Origin: a virus
Taxonomy: Duplodnaviria > Caudoviricetes
IMG/VR virus record: IMGVR_UViG_3300028833_000067
Coordinates: 64,001 to 128,000 of that record
Reading direction: 5' to 3' (one strand)
DNA length: 64,000 nt
Of the stretch, positions 44,960 to 59,549 are shown in pieces. The notes beneath the pieces were generated by a model. That model had not been told where the DNA came from, did not search any database, and saw only the letters and a program-made list of their open reading frames with translations. Made by a program: the position numbers and the translations under genes. Positions within the stretch are counted from its first letter, which is position 1. Each line of letters begins with the position of its first letter.

Positions 44960-45289
44960 ATGCAGTATTCTGAAATTGTAGAAAAGGTTCGTAATAATGA
45001 AGGTTTAGCTTCAAAAGATATAACTGGTTTTCAATTAATTAGACTTTTACAAGACAAAGAAATTAAAGATGTCGTATATTGTGGCAATAGATTTGAAATA
45101 AATTTTATTCCAATTACATTTACATGGGAACCGTATGTATTAAAAGAAGAAGACTTGCCTACTTTTCAGGATGGAGAAAAAATACTTGAGTATTGGATTC
45201 ATTGTTATGATGCAAAGAAAGCTATATATATACAAATTGAAAAAGAATATTTTGAAATAATAGTAGATTTATTGGAGAGCGCTTTATGA
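44960..45289 (+). CDS. Hypothetical protein
   Basis: Sigma-A promoter (TTGACT at 44908) and RBS. Confidence 0.7.
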   Translation: MQYSEIVEKVRNNEGLASKDITGFQLIRLLQDKEIKDVVYCGNRFEINFIPITFTWEPYVLKEEDLPTFQDGEKILEYWIHCYDAKKAIYIQIEKEYFEIIVDLLESAL

Positions 45290-45711
45290 ATAAACGATAT
45301 TTTAAGTTTGCCCGAGAAGCCGCCATGCAATCAACATATATTGGATCGCATAAGTTTTCTCCCGCAATTGGCGCAGTAGCCGTATATAAAAAGTCCATTG
45401 TTGCGGCTGGGTGGAACTCTAATAAAACTTCTCCTTTACAAGCGCGATATAATGTATATAGATATAAAGACGATGGAAATACCTTAGCAAAAAATCATGC
45501 CGAAACATCGCTTGTGCAAAAATTAAGATGGAAATTTGGTGATTCTATTGAGTGGAACAAGGTACATATTTATTTGTATAGAGAGTATGCAGATGGGAGC
45601 CTTGCGCCAAGTAGATGCTGTGAATCGTGCATGGCGATGTTAAAAGAACTTGGGATTAAAAAAATTTGTTATACTACGGAAGTTGGATATGCTGAAGAAA
45701 AATTTAAATAA
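45286..45711 (+). CDS. Zinc-dependent cytidine/dCMP deaminase-fold protein
   Basis: NHAE and PSRCCESC motifs. Confidence 0.8.
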   Translation: MNKRYFKFAREAAMQSTYIGSHKFSPAIGAVAVYKKSIVAAGWNSNKTSPLQARYNVYRYKDDGNTLAKNHAETSLVQKLRWKFGDSIEWNKVHIYLYREYADGSLAPSRCCESCMAMLKELGIKKICYTTEVGYAEEKFK

Positions 45712-45843
45712 TGCGGCTTGAGGCCGTATTTTTTTTATTACTAGAATTAAAAAGTATTATTGTTTGCTTTTAAATATACTAAACTGTTAGAAAGAGTTTT
45801 ATACTCTTTAACTTTGAAATTTGAGAAAAAGGAGGTAAAAGGT

Positions 45844-48800
45844 ATGGCGTATGATGTATAGACTTGGATTCCGGGAACAGCAATTACTCAGGATAGAATG
45901 ACTCACATTGAAAATGGTATTGCTACGGCATAGACCACAGCTGATAATGCTGTTTCACAGACAGATCCTACGTATAAAAACTTAAAAGATGATGTCAATA
46001 CATTAAAAGATGATATAAATGCAGAATCATATGGCTTAAAAGGTAAAGTTGATAGAGTTTCTTCTTAGGCAACCAATGCAGTAAAAACTGCTAACGAAGC
46101 ATTAGGGCAGATTACTGCAGCAACAACTGGAATTGATCCGAATAAATATCCAAATTTAGCTACGCGTTTAGATACGATGGACGGTGTTAGTACTAATATT
46201 GGCACTGAATTGACACGAACACAAAAGAGTTTAACAATTGTGCAATAGAATGTTGATAATGCTAAACGTTTGGGTATGCCTAATGATACATTAAGTGATC
46301 GTTTTAATTTTATAGAAACTGAAGTATCATCTGTTAAGAGTAATTATACAGCTGCCAGTGGTAGTCCAATTTAGCAAGGTAGTGAACAAGTTCAAAGATC
46401 ACTAAAAGAACGCTTAGATAATATTGATAATGATAGCAAACCTTCTCGTACATTACCCAATATTATTACTGAAATAGACGCCGCTCATAGAACTGATAAT
46501 GACACGTTAAATGCACGTTTTAGTGCAATTGAAACTGAAATTTCGGCTGCTCGTGGAAGTCAAAGTGATTTAGATACAAGACTAGATAATATTGATAATA
46601 GTATTAGTAGCGGTATTAGTAGTTTAAATGAAAGTAAGGTTAATAAAAGTGATATTGTTAATAATCTAGATGCCACTGTAAGTGGCAGTGTATTAGATGC
46701 TGTTCAAGGCAAAGAATTAAAAGATCGTATTACTTCTGTAGCAAGTAGAGCAACTGCTTTAGAAACAAATGTAAATACTATTGCAGAAGAACTTGCTATG
46801 GTTGATGGTAACGCAATTAAAAATACTAATACTCGTATTGATGATTTAGATACTAATGTTAATAGTTTAGACACTCGTTTAACCGGACTTGATGACTCTG
46901 AAACAGGACGTATGAAGGTAGCAGAAGATGCTATTGAAACATTAGAAGCAAACCTAGGTTCTGGCTTCGACAGTACTAACACTGTTGCAAAGAAAATTAC
47001 AGATGCTATCTCTGCTGCGGCAGCAGATGCTACCGCGAAAGCAAACGCCGCATAGGCATATGCAGATGCAGGTCTTGCAAATAAAGCAGACACTACTTAT
47101 GTAAATACCTAGCTTGCATCAAAGGCAAATGCTTCTGATGTGACAAGCGCACTAGAGGGAAAGGCAGATAAAGCCACTGTAGATGCTATTAGTACTACTA
47201 TTGTAAAAATAAACAAAGAAGTAGCATATACAAATGGAGTACCTAGCAATACTCAAACTTGGAATATTGAGGACAAGAATGATTATTTATTATAGGCTGA
47301 AGATGATAAGTACTATTATTGGAAGCATATTAATAATGAATGGCATTTAATGGGCGGCGCAGGTGGCGCTGGTAATAACAATGCTGTTACCTATGAATCT
47401 GAAAGTGAATTTAATACTGCAACCGCGAATGACAAAGATGAAAATACTGATTACTATGTCTTTGAAGAAGAAGTTGGCTATCATCATTATCGTTTTGTTT
47501 ATAATGAAACTGATGAATTATGGACTAAGATTGAAATCGGTGCGGCTGCGAATATTGACATTGCTAATATTAAGAAATATAATATCATTAAACGTAGTAC
47601 GACTAAAAAAGATGACAATGATCAAGATGTTCCTGTTAATTATCTTGATCTATATGAATATGATTATGGAGTTACCAATGAAGATAATTTTAATCCATCT
47701 GAAACTGGCGTAAAACTTCTTACATCAGTTGAACTTCCTATGGGTGGAGGTGGTGGTAGCACTGAATCCGTGATGGATGTACGTCGTATCACTCCTTATA
47801 GTGTTACCGCAGTACAAAAAACTACTGATGTTGTACCATTGCAATTCTTCTTCACTACAGGCGATGTAAGTGGCAGTGGTTTCTACAACTTAACTGTAAC
47901 TCATGATAATAAGACTACCAGCTTAATTGAGCGCGAGGAAATCCTTAGTGGTGATCCAGTAAATGCGTCTTATTCATGGCCAACTAAAGAGATTGAAGTT
48001 GATGGTGAAACTGTTACTGTTGCTATGGAACCAGATGATCCAAACTTACCAGTAGGTTTCTACCAAATCGATATTGGTCCATACTGTACTGAAACTGGCG
48101 TAGATTATATTTATACTCTATCTGTTTTCAATGCTGAAGATACTTCTCAAAACAAGAAACCAGCATGGAGTGTTCGTGTTATTAATCTATCTGTTTCTTC
48201 TCTATATTCTGATAATACAATTCTAAATCTTGGTACAGGAACAACCTTTACTTACATTCCTGTAGGTAATATTGAAAAAACTGCACACATTAAGATTGAT
48301 GGTGTAGAAGTTGCTACTCGTAATTTAGCACGTACTGATCAGAATAAAGAATTTACCTATGATATTGCGGCGAAGAATGTTGCGGGCGTACACTCTGTCG
48401 AAATGTATTTAAGTGCGCGTGTTAGCGGCAAAGATGTCTATTCTAATCATATTTTCAAAGATATTATTTGGAGAGATCCTACAGCTGATACGATTTTCAT
48501 TTCTTCTCCGTATCGTGATAGATCAGAGCGTATTGCTTTACAGCAATATAAAACTATTACCATTCCGTATACTTTGGCTGGTAATATTAATAATAACTAC
48601 ACAGTTCAATACTATGTAGATAGTTTTGATAATTTAATTAATGAAGAAACCTTTGTCAATAATAATATTGGTTCTTGGACTTATCGTGCTACTGACGCTG
48701 GTGATCATGATTTAATTATCAAGTGCGGTGAAACCTATATTACAATTGAAGTAGCAGTTGAATCTCTTCATAATATTGATATTTCTCCTGTTGTTTCTAA

Positions 48801-51800
48801 CTTAGCAATTGACTTTAATCCAATTGGTATAAATAACAATTCTACTAATCGTGAATGGAGCAATGGTAATTACCATTTAACTGTATCTAATAACTTTGAC
48901 TGGTATAATGGTGGTTATGGTAGTGATGCTACTGGTAGTTACTTCCTTGTTAAGGCAGGTACTCGTGCGTACTTTGATTATAAAATGTTTAAGAGTTATC
49001 AGCACGCTGTTGGTGAGAATACTTACGAAACTCGCAGCGCAGTATTCCGTGATGGCGCAGAAATGAAAATCATCTTCAAGACTGCGGCAGTTCGTGACGC
49101 GGGCGCAACTTGGTTTACTAACATGGGTAAAACTAGTGAAAGTGACGCAGCAAAAGAAGTTGGTATTCAATTGAAAGTTCATGAAGGTTGGTTAAGAACT
49201 GATTCTGCTTCTGATAAAGAAATTAATGGAGTCGCCGCAACCAATACCTACTTATACTTCCCATATTCTGAAGAAGATAAGATTGAACTTGATATTAGTA
49301 TTAACAAACAGGCTGATGCTGCAACTAAGGGTCTCTTCTTAATGTCTTATGAAGATGGTTGCCCAAGTAAAGCATATCCTTACAGTGTTACTGAAGCTTT
49401 ATATCATACTACTAATGATGAATCCATTATTACAATTGGTTCCGATGACTGTGATGTTTACATTTACAGATTCAAGATTTATACTACAGCACTTGACACT
49501 GAAGATGTATTACGTAACTTCATTGCTGATGGTAAAGATGTTGAAGAAAGTATTAGCCGTTATGAACGCAATAGTATTTATTGGAACACTCAGAATGCAT
49601 CCTATACTCCTTATGAAGGTGAAGATACCGTTCTAGATCCAGAACGTCTTGCTGTAAAGATGCCTGATGTTAAAATCTTAATGTTAGATACTCCTCATTT
49701 CACTACCAGTAAGAAAGATTTCGTTGCTAACTCTAGTTTACGTTGTATTCATGCGCCAGGTGGTAAGGTATATCCAAGTCGCGGCAAGGAAGATAACTGG
49801 CTATTCTATAACGGTTATCATGCTGGTCAAGGCACAACTTCTGACAAGTATGGTAATGCTGGACGTAATGTTGACTTCTTATTTGAATGCGATGGCATAC
49901 ATAATCCTTCTGATAAGGTTAAGGATGAAAAATTCATTCCTAATTATCAATCCGCATTAATTCGCGGCTATGGTACTGATGAAGCAGAAGAACCTACTTA
50001 CTGTTTAGATTGGAAGGACCAGGATACATGGCAGCCAAATACTGATTATACTTTACTATATACTATGTCTGATGATAGTACTCATCCAATGTTAGTACGT
50101 TATAATGGCAAAGTATATAAGTGTTTAGAAGCACATACAAGCGGTGAAACCTTTGATGCGACCAAGTGGGAAGAACAAGAAGGTTACTCTAGTAAGGTTT
50201 CTTTAACTAGTACCTCTATTCCAAATAACTTCTTCAATTTAAAGGTTAATATCGCATCTTCTGAAAATGTTAATAATGCATTACTACAGAAGAGATACAA
50301 TGACTATCTTACTTATCTATCTCCAGCTTATATGCGTGATCGTCGCATTAAGAATGATATGGAATTTGTTCCTGCACTATTATTTGTGCGTGAAAATGAT
50401 GAAGAACATACTACTGAGATGATTGAGGGTAATGAAGTCATTAACTATACTAACCACAAAGAGTTTAATGATACAAACTGGCATTTCTATGCATTAGGTA
50501 ATATTGGTGACTCTAAGAAAACCGACTACACTCGTGCATATGATCCAACTGATATTAATGAATTTACTCTTGAAATTTCTGATAACAATACCAATAACTC
50601 TCAGTTCTAGTCTGGTGTTTACTACTCTACTATTTATTATGATAGTGTAGAAAGCCCAGTAGTTGCTGATATCGGTAAGTATTATGAAGCTGATGGGGAA
50701 GTCACTCTAGTAGAGGACGAATCCAATCGCTACACTGGTACTTTCGTATTAACAACCGATACTGAAATTGATAATGGTAAGACCTATTATGTACAAGCTC
50801 GTATGATTGAAGCATATCATGCAGAACAAGATAAAGACGATGACGGTACTTTACTTGATACTTTCACCGCTAAATCTGATGCAGGCGAGAGTGTACAGCC
50901 TATGGCTTATGCCTTCCCAATTACAATGGAAGAATGGGCAGGCTTAGATGAAAATGAAGAGCCTCGAAACATGAGATATTGGTCATTATATAACGAAGAA
51001 TTTGATGGTGATCACTCCTTTGAAATGCGTTATGCATATTATGGTAACTATCGTGATGGTAAATTAGTTAATGGTAATAAGGCAGAATCTGAAGCTGTAC
51101 GAAAACGTAATAGCGATGTATGGCGCGCTTTCTACACTTGGCTAATAACTGCAACAGATGAAGAATTTGTTGAACAACTAGATGAGTGGGTAGTAAGGCG
51201 CTCAGTAGCATTCTTCTATGCCTTTACTCATTATTATACCATGATGGATAACCGTGCAAAGAATACATTCTGGCATTTCGCAAAGACTGGTAAACACCGT
51301 AAGGTGCTACATCCTATGAAGGAAATGATTCATACTTATGATGAAAATCCAAGCGGCGATGCTGTAGCTGATGCACAGGATGCAGATATTTGGAATGGTA
51401 CATTCGTTCGTACTTCTGATACCGACCTTGACCCTGAAAAGCAATACTATACCGAATACGCTTTCGATATGTGGGTATATGACTGTGATACTGCTATTGG
51501 TATTGATAATAACGGTGAATTAGTATTCCCATATGGTAAAGAAGATACTGACTATCGTATTGATGGCGATGCTTCTTCTTCCTACGTATTTAATGGTGCA
51601 GGCTCCATCTTTTGGCGCCGCTTAAGTAAGAGCTGTAATAGTGATATTGTTAGCGCATTTACTGGTGCAAATGAAAGATGTTTCAATGCAGAACATTTGA
51701 TTCAAGAGTTCGATAAGGTACAAGGATGTTATCCAGAAGCAATCTGGAGATTAGATGTAGAACGTAAGTATATTCGTTCCTTCACCGGTGACTACGGATA

Positions 51801-54800
51801 CACTAAGGCTAACCCATATCAAAAGGTATTCCTTACCCGCCAAGAAACTCGTTTCTTACGTGATATGATGCAAGGCCGTAAGAAATATCAACGTCGTCAA
51901 TGGTGTAAAGATCAAGATGTTTACTTTGGTAGTAAATATTTACTTCCAAATGTATTCGCTGATCTATTTGAGTTCTCTTGTTATAATCCTGGCGGCATGG
52001 CTGTAACACCGAACTGGGATTTAACAATTACTCCATATCAGGATATGTACATTAATATATCCTATGCTGAAACGTTTGCCCGTCCTTTCCGTGCAAAAGC
52101 TGGTAAAACATATGAGTTTAAATCTATCTTAAATGATATGAATGATTCTCGTATTCGTATTTATGGTGCAAATCATATTCAAGCTCTAGCAGGTAAAGCA
52201 ATCCGTGATGCGGAAACGGGTGAAATTATCGGTGCTGAAGGTCTTGCTTCTTTCTACATGAAGGCAAACAACTTCCAGCATACACATAAATTACGTAAGT
52301 TAATCATTGGTACTCCTAACACTGCTTATGAAAATGGTAACTTTACTACACTTAATATTACAGATGACAACCCAATCCTTGAAGTTTTAGATATCTAGAA
52401 TTGCAATAACTTAGGTGGTCAACTTCCTTTAAGTAAGAGCACTTCTATTCAAAGAATTGAAGCACAAGGTACACAGATTACCTCTGTTAACTTACCTCCT
52501 AACACTGGTATACAAGTACTCCACTTACCAGAAACAATTAATAACATTACTCTATACTCTGCAAAGAGCCTACAAGAAATCACCTTAAAAGAGCGTGATG
52601 GAACAGTTAATACTTCTAATCTAACTACCTTATTAGTTAATGACAGTGACTACTCTTCAGTAAACGGTGAACTGCCAACCGTTAATTGGATGAAACTCGC
52701 GGCAAGTGCCTTGAGTCATATATCTAGCTTACAGTTAATTGGTTTAAGATCCGCTTACATTGGAAACATTTCTGACTTAGAACCTTTTGCTATGCGTAAG
52801 AATCAGTTAGGTACTACCACTAATGAAGCTGGTGACGAAATCTACAGAGTGTGGTTAAGTGGTCAAATCGCAGTTACTGGCGCATGGTCACAAATTGAGA
52901 TAGATGATTATCAGTCTATCTGGCCCATAACTTTTACAACAATTCCCGCTAAGGAGCAATAGAAAGTTAAAGTAACTTATATGGAGAGCGCGCATTGGGA
53001 AGGAAATACTTGGGTAGAAGCACAACAAATAGGCGACTCTATATATGTTGCAGCAACTGGTAAAGATAGCGATCGCACTATCCCCGATATTTATTATGGT
53101 TAGCAGCTTAGCGATTTACCAACTAGACCTTCTACTATTGATGAAGTATTCTCTTTTGGTGAAATTTTAGATGGACAATATTTAATGTATTCTGGCTGGT
53201 CTAAAACTCAAGGGCCTAATGCTGTTCCATTGAATAGTTTAAATGGCGGCAACTATGGTATTAATAATTTATATAGAGCTACTTCAAATGATGTTGAAAC
53301 AGGAATTACATTATATACTTATTATAAAGCATCAGCACATAAGTATACTGTAAGATGGTATTTAGATGATAATACTATAGTTAAATCCATGAGTAATCAA
53401 GATGCACATGGTGGATATACTCTAGAAGCTCCTACTGTTAAAGAAATGAGAACAGGTGTTGTTGATTATTCTAATAAATTAGCTTCATATTCCTTTAAAG
53501 ACGATACAGTAACTTATAAAATTTTTGATGGATGGGAGAAACTTCCTACTGATATTAGTCCAACATTAAAAGAATCAGATACTAGTATATATCGTATTGA
53601 TGCTAAATGGTATGAGGAGACTAAGTCGCTAACTGGAGAAAATGGTCTATTTAAAGATACATCTAATCTTACATTAGATTAGCTATATATCTTATCTCAT
53701 ATGGATAGCTCAATGAAAAATAGTTTTACAGATAGTAAGCAAATTACTATTAATTAGAAATTTAGTTATACAATGGGATATGATGGATTAAAAGATGGTT
53801 TGGTATTTGCTAATAATAAAAACTTTATTAATAGCCCAGCTACTCTCATTGCCGGTGAATATGCTACTGTTAATGGACAACGTATTGCTCCTTTCTCTAA
53901 TAATGATGGCTTTACTATTGCAATAGATTATCAATTTGATAAAAATTAGAATTTAAATTCTAAAGCCGCAGTATTAGTAGGCTGTTATAATAAAAATGAA
54001 GGAAATATTACTGGTTTTGCACTTTATCGAAATGGTGCTTCAACTGGTGAAGTACGTATAGGATATGGAGATTTTATTAATGACAGTAATAAATCTAAAG
54101 TTATTAATAATAGTGGTGCACGAAATATTGTTGTTATACGTCATCCAAAAGGATCATCAATACTATATATTTACTCCAGCGCAGCAAAGAATGATATTAC
54201 TGCTATTAATTTACCAAACGTAGAATCAATTGATGTCAATACACAATTAATTGATAACAATGCATTTATTTGTTTAGGGAATTTACGTACTGATATTAGT
54301 GGCGATTCTGCTCTTTCTGATAATCCTTCTTATACTAATGAAATTAATAATGCCGGTAATGCATACGGAACTATTTATTGGGCAAAATATTGGCCAGAAG
54401 ACTTGGGTGCTGGTGAATGTAAACAACTAGCTGCGTGGCCGCATGAATCTATGACTTCTATGATTGCCGCGATAGGTTCTAATCAAACAACTCTTCCAAA
54501 CATTTATTTAAGCAATCTAAATGCTTCTCAGCATGCTTCAGTATAGCCACGAACATTAGGGAATACTACAGCAGAGCTTGGATGGGGTAATTCTGGAATT
54601 AAGTAGATTTGTGATAATCGTATTTTTGCTGGTTTACCAATAAGAATGCAATCTATTATAGGTAAGATTAATATTGGTTATTATAATTCATATGTTACTC
54701 TTGATGAATATAATGCGCCAAGTTATGGTATAAATAATAATCTATTAACTGATGGGGCCTTTGTATATGTTCCTTCTATTAGTAGCTTAACATCTAGTAT

Positions 54801-55422
54801 GAATACATATAATAAGGAATCAATAGTTGAACGTACTGGAAATTCTAGCAATGATACCAGTGATATTACTCCTTATCCATGGTTAAATACTCCAATATAG
54901 ATTTATGATTGGAATATAAATACAGAAACGCATTGGGTAAAATCAGATATGGTTAGTAACTCTAATTATCTTAATATTCGATTCGCAAATAAATCTTTAT
55001 TATCTTTAGGAAAAGATAATAATTTAAGAATTTTCTGTATTAATGCTCCTAATCCCACTTTAATTAATGGTAGAATATATGATGAAATTAATTCTAATAT
55101 TACTGATGGTATAAAAACAAATGATATTGTCATATTAAATAATATTGCTTATTTGTATATAAGTAGTACTGATTATACTCCTTATGTCATGGATATTGTT
55201 AGTTCCAATACTGACTCTAGACTTAATACAAATGGTAATGGTGGATGGATTAAAAGTATAGCTTATCCAACTCGTTCAGTTTCTTATGGTAACCAATAGA
55301 GCAATTTTATTTATATTAAATAGGATGGTAATATGGTGGTTCCAAGTAGTGGAAGCGATTAGGCATATAATCAAAGTAGCTTTGATAGTAAGCTAAATTT
55401 AACTTATGCATACACAATTTAA
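45844..55422 (+). CDS. Giant 3192-aa virion/tail-associated protein with a CotH-kinase-like domain (TAG=Gln)
   Basis: AGGAGG RBS. All track fragments (46798, 47350, 50803, 52690, 53185, 54646, 54949) share one frame and end in TAG. Contains an N-terminal coiled coil, a CBM-like VYKCLEAHTS motif, and MMDNRAKN..YDCDTAIG. Confidence 0.85.
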
Positions 55423-55473
55423 CGTTAAATGGAGGCGGCTATTTTTAGCCGCCTCCTTCTTGGAGGTAATAAC

Positions 55474-56211
55474 ATGAAATATTTTAAAATCATAAAAGAT
55501 AACACTATTATTGGTGCAGTTACTTCTTAGAGCTTTGTACGTTATTAGCCTGAAACTGGTAGTTTTACTAGAGCAACAGAAGAAAATGGAGAATATTTAG
55601 CTTATAACGGTTATTTTTATAGGGCTACTTGGATGGTACCAATGATTAAAACAATATCTCATATTGATGCATTAATACTTGCTATTAGTGAAGAAGAATA
55701 TAATATTTATATGGATGCTATTTCTAATCATGAACAGTTGCCTGATGAAGAAGTTATTCCTATAGAACCTGATGAGCCAACTCCAGTTGATCCAATAGAA
55801 CAATTATCTATAGATTTTATTCGCTCTTCTAAATTAAAAGAACTGTCTATAGCTTGCCGCCGCGCCATTGAAAATGGAATTGATCTTACTATTCGTGGTG
55901 AAACTAAACATTTTTCACTAACAGCGCAAGACCAACTTAATCTAATGGATCTTAAAACTCTAGTTGAAACTGAAGACTTCATTCCTTATCATGCTGATAA
56001 TGAAGAACAAATGTTCTATACCGCAGCAGAAATAAAACAAATTATTGCCGCAGCATCTGCGCATAAAATTTATCAAACAACTTATCATAATTCTTTAAAA
56101 ACATATGTAAATAGTTTAGAGACAATAGAAGAAATATCTGCTATTACATATGGAATTTCTATTCCAGAAGAATATAAGACTGAGGTACTAAAAACCCTTA
56201 AAACTGAATAA
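55474..56211 (+). CDS. Tail-fibre assembly-like protein (DUF4376-like C-terminus; TAG=Gln)
   Basis: KLKELS..C..AIENG..HFSLTAQDQLNL..YHAD; follows the giant gene. Confidence 0.65.
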
Positions 56212-56225
56212 CGGGGGTGATGTCT

Positions 56226-56585
56226 ATGGCGAATAAAATTGCTGCTGTAGCATTATAGTATAGCAAGTGGCTTAGTCGTTTTATTTGTTGGATTTGGGCT
56301 ATTTATCGTTTTGCGACCTTAATTGGTTCAATAATTCGGCCCGAAGCCGCGGAAGCTTTAGCTTCAACTCTATATAATTTAGATTGGATTATGCTAGTTA
56401 ATGAGGGTACTTATTTAGTTAATAGTCTTGGGGAAAAATATCTTTATAGCGATAAGTTTATTCTTAGATGGCTAGATAAAGGCGGCCTAAAAAATATGAT
56501 TGGACGTGTAACTTCATTGCGGCATGAACCTAAAGAAGATGAACAAGTGTATGAAGAAGAAGAAGAAGGTGAGGAAAATGGCTGA
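56226..56585 (+). CDS. Membrane protein next to the endolysin (TAG=Gln)
   Basis: Hydrophobic N-terminal half and acidic tail. Confidence 0.6.
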
Positions 56586-57378
56586 TATAAAACCATCTGC
56601 ATTAATTGCTAAATTTTAGTATGCCCTAGATAATAAATGGGGCTATATTTTAGGACAATGGCATGCATAGTGGACACAAGCATTGTAGAATTAGAAAATT
56701 AATTATATAAAAAGTAAATATGGAGATGGCTGGAAAACCAGCTCTAGCGCCAAGAGAGATAAATATTATTATGCCGCTCTTTACGGCGCAAAATGGATCG
56801 GCCATTGGGTCACAGATTGCTCTGGTTTATTTTACTGGGCTTTTAAAGAACTTGGTGGGTATATGTACCATGGTTCTAATACAATGTGGAATAAATATTG
56901 CGTGGCTAAAGGTAAATTATCTGGCGGAAAACGTACTGATGGCAATGAATTAAAGCCGGGAACCGCAGTATTTGTTCTCAAGGGAACTTCTGATCGTTCT
57001 CATGTGGGCTTATATATTGGCGGCGGTAAAGTTATTGAAGCTTCTGGTACATAGGCCGGTGTTTGTTATAGTAATGTGAGCGATAAAAAATGGGCAGAAT
57101 GGGGAGAATTAAAAGGAGTTGATTATAAGAGTATAAACTCAGAAGTTGAACCTACTCCTAGTACTCCATTAACACCAATAGAGCCCGGCCCTATAACTAT
57201 AGGTTCTGCACTAGTTAATGCTACCAGAGTTGCTTTACGTTCTGCTCCTTCTACCAGCGCAACAATTCTTACTCGCGTAGATAAAGGCGAGAGAGTATAG
57301 GTATTAGATGATGAATGGACTCGAGTTTCCTATCAAGGGAAAACTGGATATATGATGAGTAAATTTTTAACTCGATAA
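56578..57378 (+). CDS. NlpC/P60 cell-wall hydrolase with SH3b domain (endolysin), 6 TAG=Gln
   Basis: DCSGL catalytic Cys, HVGLYIG His, C-terminal LRSAPST..GYMMSKFL. Confidence 0.85.
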
Positions 57379-57499
57379 AATAGTGGGCAATTAAAGCCCA
57401 CTATTTTTTTATATCTTAAAATAAATAGTAATATTTTTCTCTTCTCCTATTACCTTAAAATAGGGAAATATCCTTAAATTTGTTAAAGGAAGTGATAAT

Positions 57500-59544
57500 A
57501 TGGCATATAAAATGACAAAAAGAGGATCATTAGATAATGAAACCACTAATGAATTTTTCTGTGATACTGCCAGTGATTTAAATAAAATTCCGGCTTCAGA
57601 AATTAATCTTGGGTCTGTTGCTGTTATAGTTGATACTATGGAAGTCTATATTGCAAATAGTAATAAATAGTGGATTAGTATGACTCCCACTAGTGACGAG
57701 GAGAGTGAACCATAATGGATATAATTGATATTATGCTCGCGCGTGCTATGACACCGCAAGGGAAGACCGAAACATATGTAGCAAAGGCCAATGCTGCCGC
57801 AGCAAAAGCAGAAAAAGCAGAACAAGATGCAGCAACTGCAATTAGTACTGTTGAGGCGGCCGCAGATGAGATAGCTACCGCACGCGAGGAAGCCGCGGCA
57901 TTATTAGAAGAAGCGCAAAATACTTTAGAAACCGCTCAGCAAGCGCAAATTAATTTCCCTGAATCCTATAATACAACAGGACAAAATACAGATGGTTATA
58001 TGACTCAGAAAGCAGTAACCGACGCTTTAAATGATAAAGTTAGTATAACTAATTTTAATGTTGCTTTATCTCAAAAAGCAGATACTGCCACTACCGTAAC
58101 TAAATAGTATGTTGATAGTGCTATTGCTTCAATTTCTAGTGGCAGTACAGTTATAGGAGGCGGCGGAAACACTAATCTTGGAAGTGAAAACGCCGGTTAT
58201 TTAGTCGTTGTTGGCGAAGATGGAAATATTAAACCTGGCGATGTAGATGAAATGACTTTAATTAGTTCTTTAATTAATAGTGGTACTTATGTCGCACGAG
58301 AAGCAGTTGGACTAGAAATAGACTATGCCGGTAAAGCAGTTTCTCGTATTCAAGAAGCGGTTGGCCTTAATATGGGTACTGATTTTAATAACTATATTAT
58401 GTATGGCGGCCGTATGCGCTGTAATGTTGCTGATGACGGCACAATAACTGCTTTCTATGGAGACGCAAATTATAAAGAAGATGGATCGAATGGATAGGTT
58501 ATGGTTTATTAGCCAAAATTCTATTATCAAAGAATTCCATTAAATGTACAAGATATTGCTAATGGCCGCGCAGTACGTCATGAGACATTAATTCTTAGCG
58601 CGAAAAAACAAACCGGGTTTAAGCTTCATCCAATTTTTAGTGATGGCAATGGCGGAGAACTTGATTATATATTATTCTCTGCCTATAATGGTAGTTTAGT
58701 TGATAATAAATTAGCGTCTATTGCAAATGTTAAGCCTGCCGCGAATATGAATATTACTCAGGCAGAAACATATGCTATTGCTCGCGGAAATGGCTGGCAT
58801 ATTAATAACATGGCCGCGGTTAGTGCTAATTAGATGCTATAGGTTGTAGAATATGGTAGTATGAATGGATAGGCATCTTTTGAAGATGGTATATCCAATT
58901 TATCTAAAATTACTCCTAATATTAATTGTAGCGCAATTACTGGTTCTACCGCCGCACTTGGTAATGAGAGCGGGCATGCGGAATCTACCATTAATGATAA
59001 TAATGGAGTCGAAGTAACAAACACTCAAGCAGGAGAACGTGCTATTAGTTATCGTGGATTAGAGAATCCTTGGGGCAATTTATGGAATTACATTGGTGGA
59101 TGTAATATTTATGGAGATGGTACTCGTTTTGGTGGTTCTCCATATATTTGTATTGACTTTAATTATACTCCAAGTACCATTGGCGATAATTATGAATATA
59201 TTGGCTTTAATCTACCAAATGCTTATGGTTGGATTAGCGCAATGGGCTGTACTAATTAGAAATATGACTGGATATTTATGCCTATTGAATGTTCTAATAC
59301 TGCGAATAGTTTATTACCAGTAGGCGATAATTTATGGACAGTAGCCAATGTAGATGTAATGAAGACAGCGGCAGTAGGCGGTTCATATTCTTTTAAAGAT
59401 AATAATGGATTATTCTATTATGCTTGTGATAATAATGTAACACGCTCTGCTTCTAATTTTGGCGCCCGTCTAATGTATATTCCAACTAAAAATACAACTT
59501 ATACAGCTAATATAAATAAATGGAAAAATAAAATAGGAGAGTGA
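57500..59544 (+). CDS. 71-aa protein (57500-57715) and 609-aa tail/receptor-binding-like protein (57715-59544), TAG=Gln
   Basis: YRGLENPWGN and C-terminal VGGSY..GLFY..FGARL, as in C-type-lectin-fold phage proteins. Confidence 0.7.
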
Positions 59545-59549
59545 TAGCT

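Noticed and set aside
59340-59480. Diversity-generating retroelement variable region
   Set aside because: The C-terminus resembles lectin-fold DGR targets, but no template repeat or reverse transcriptase is visible in this window.
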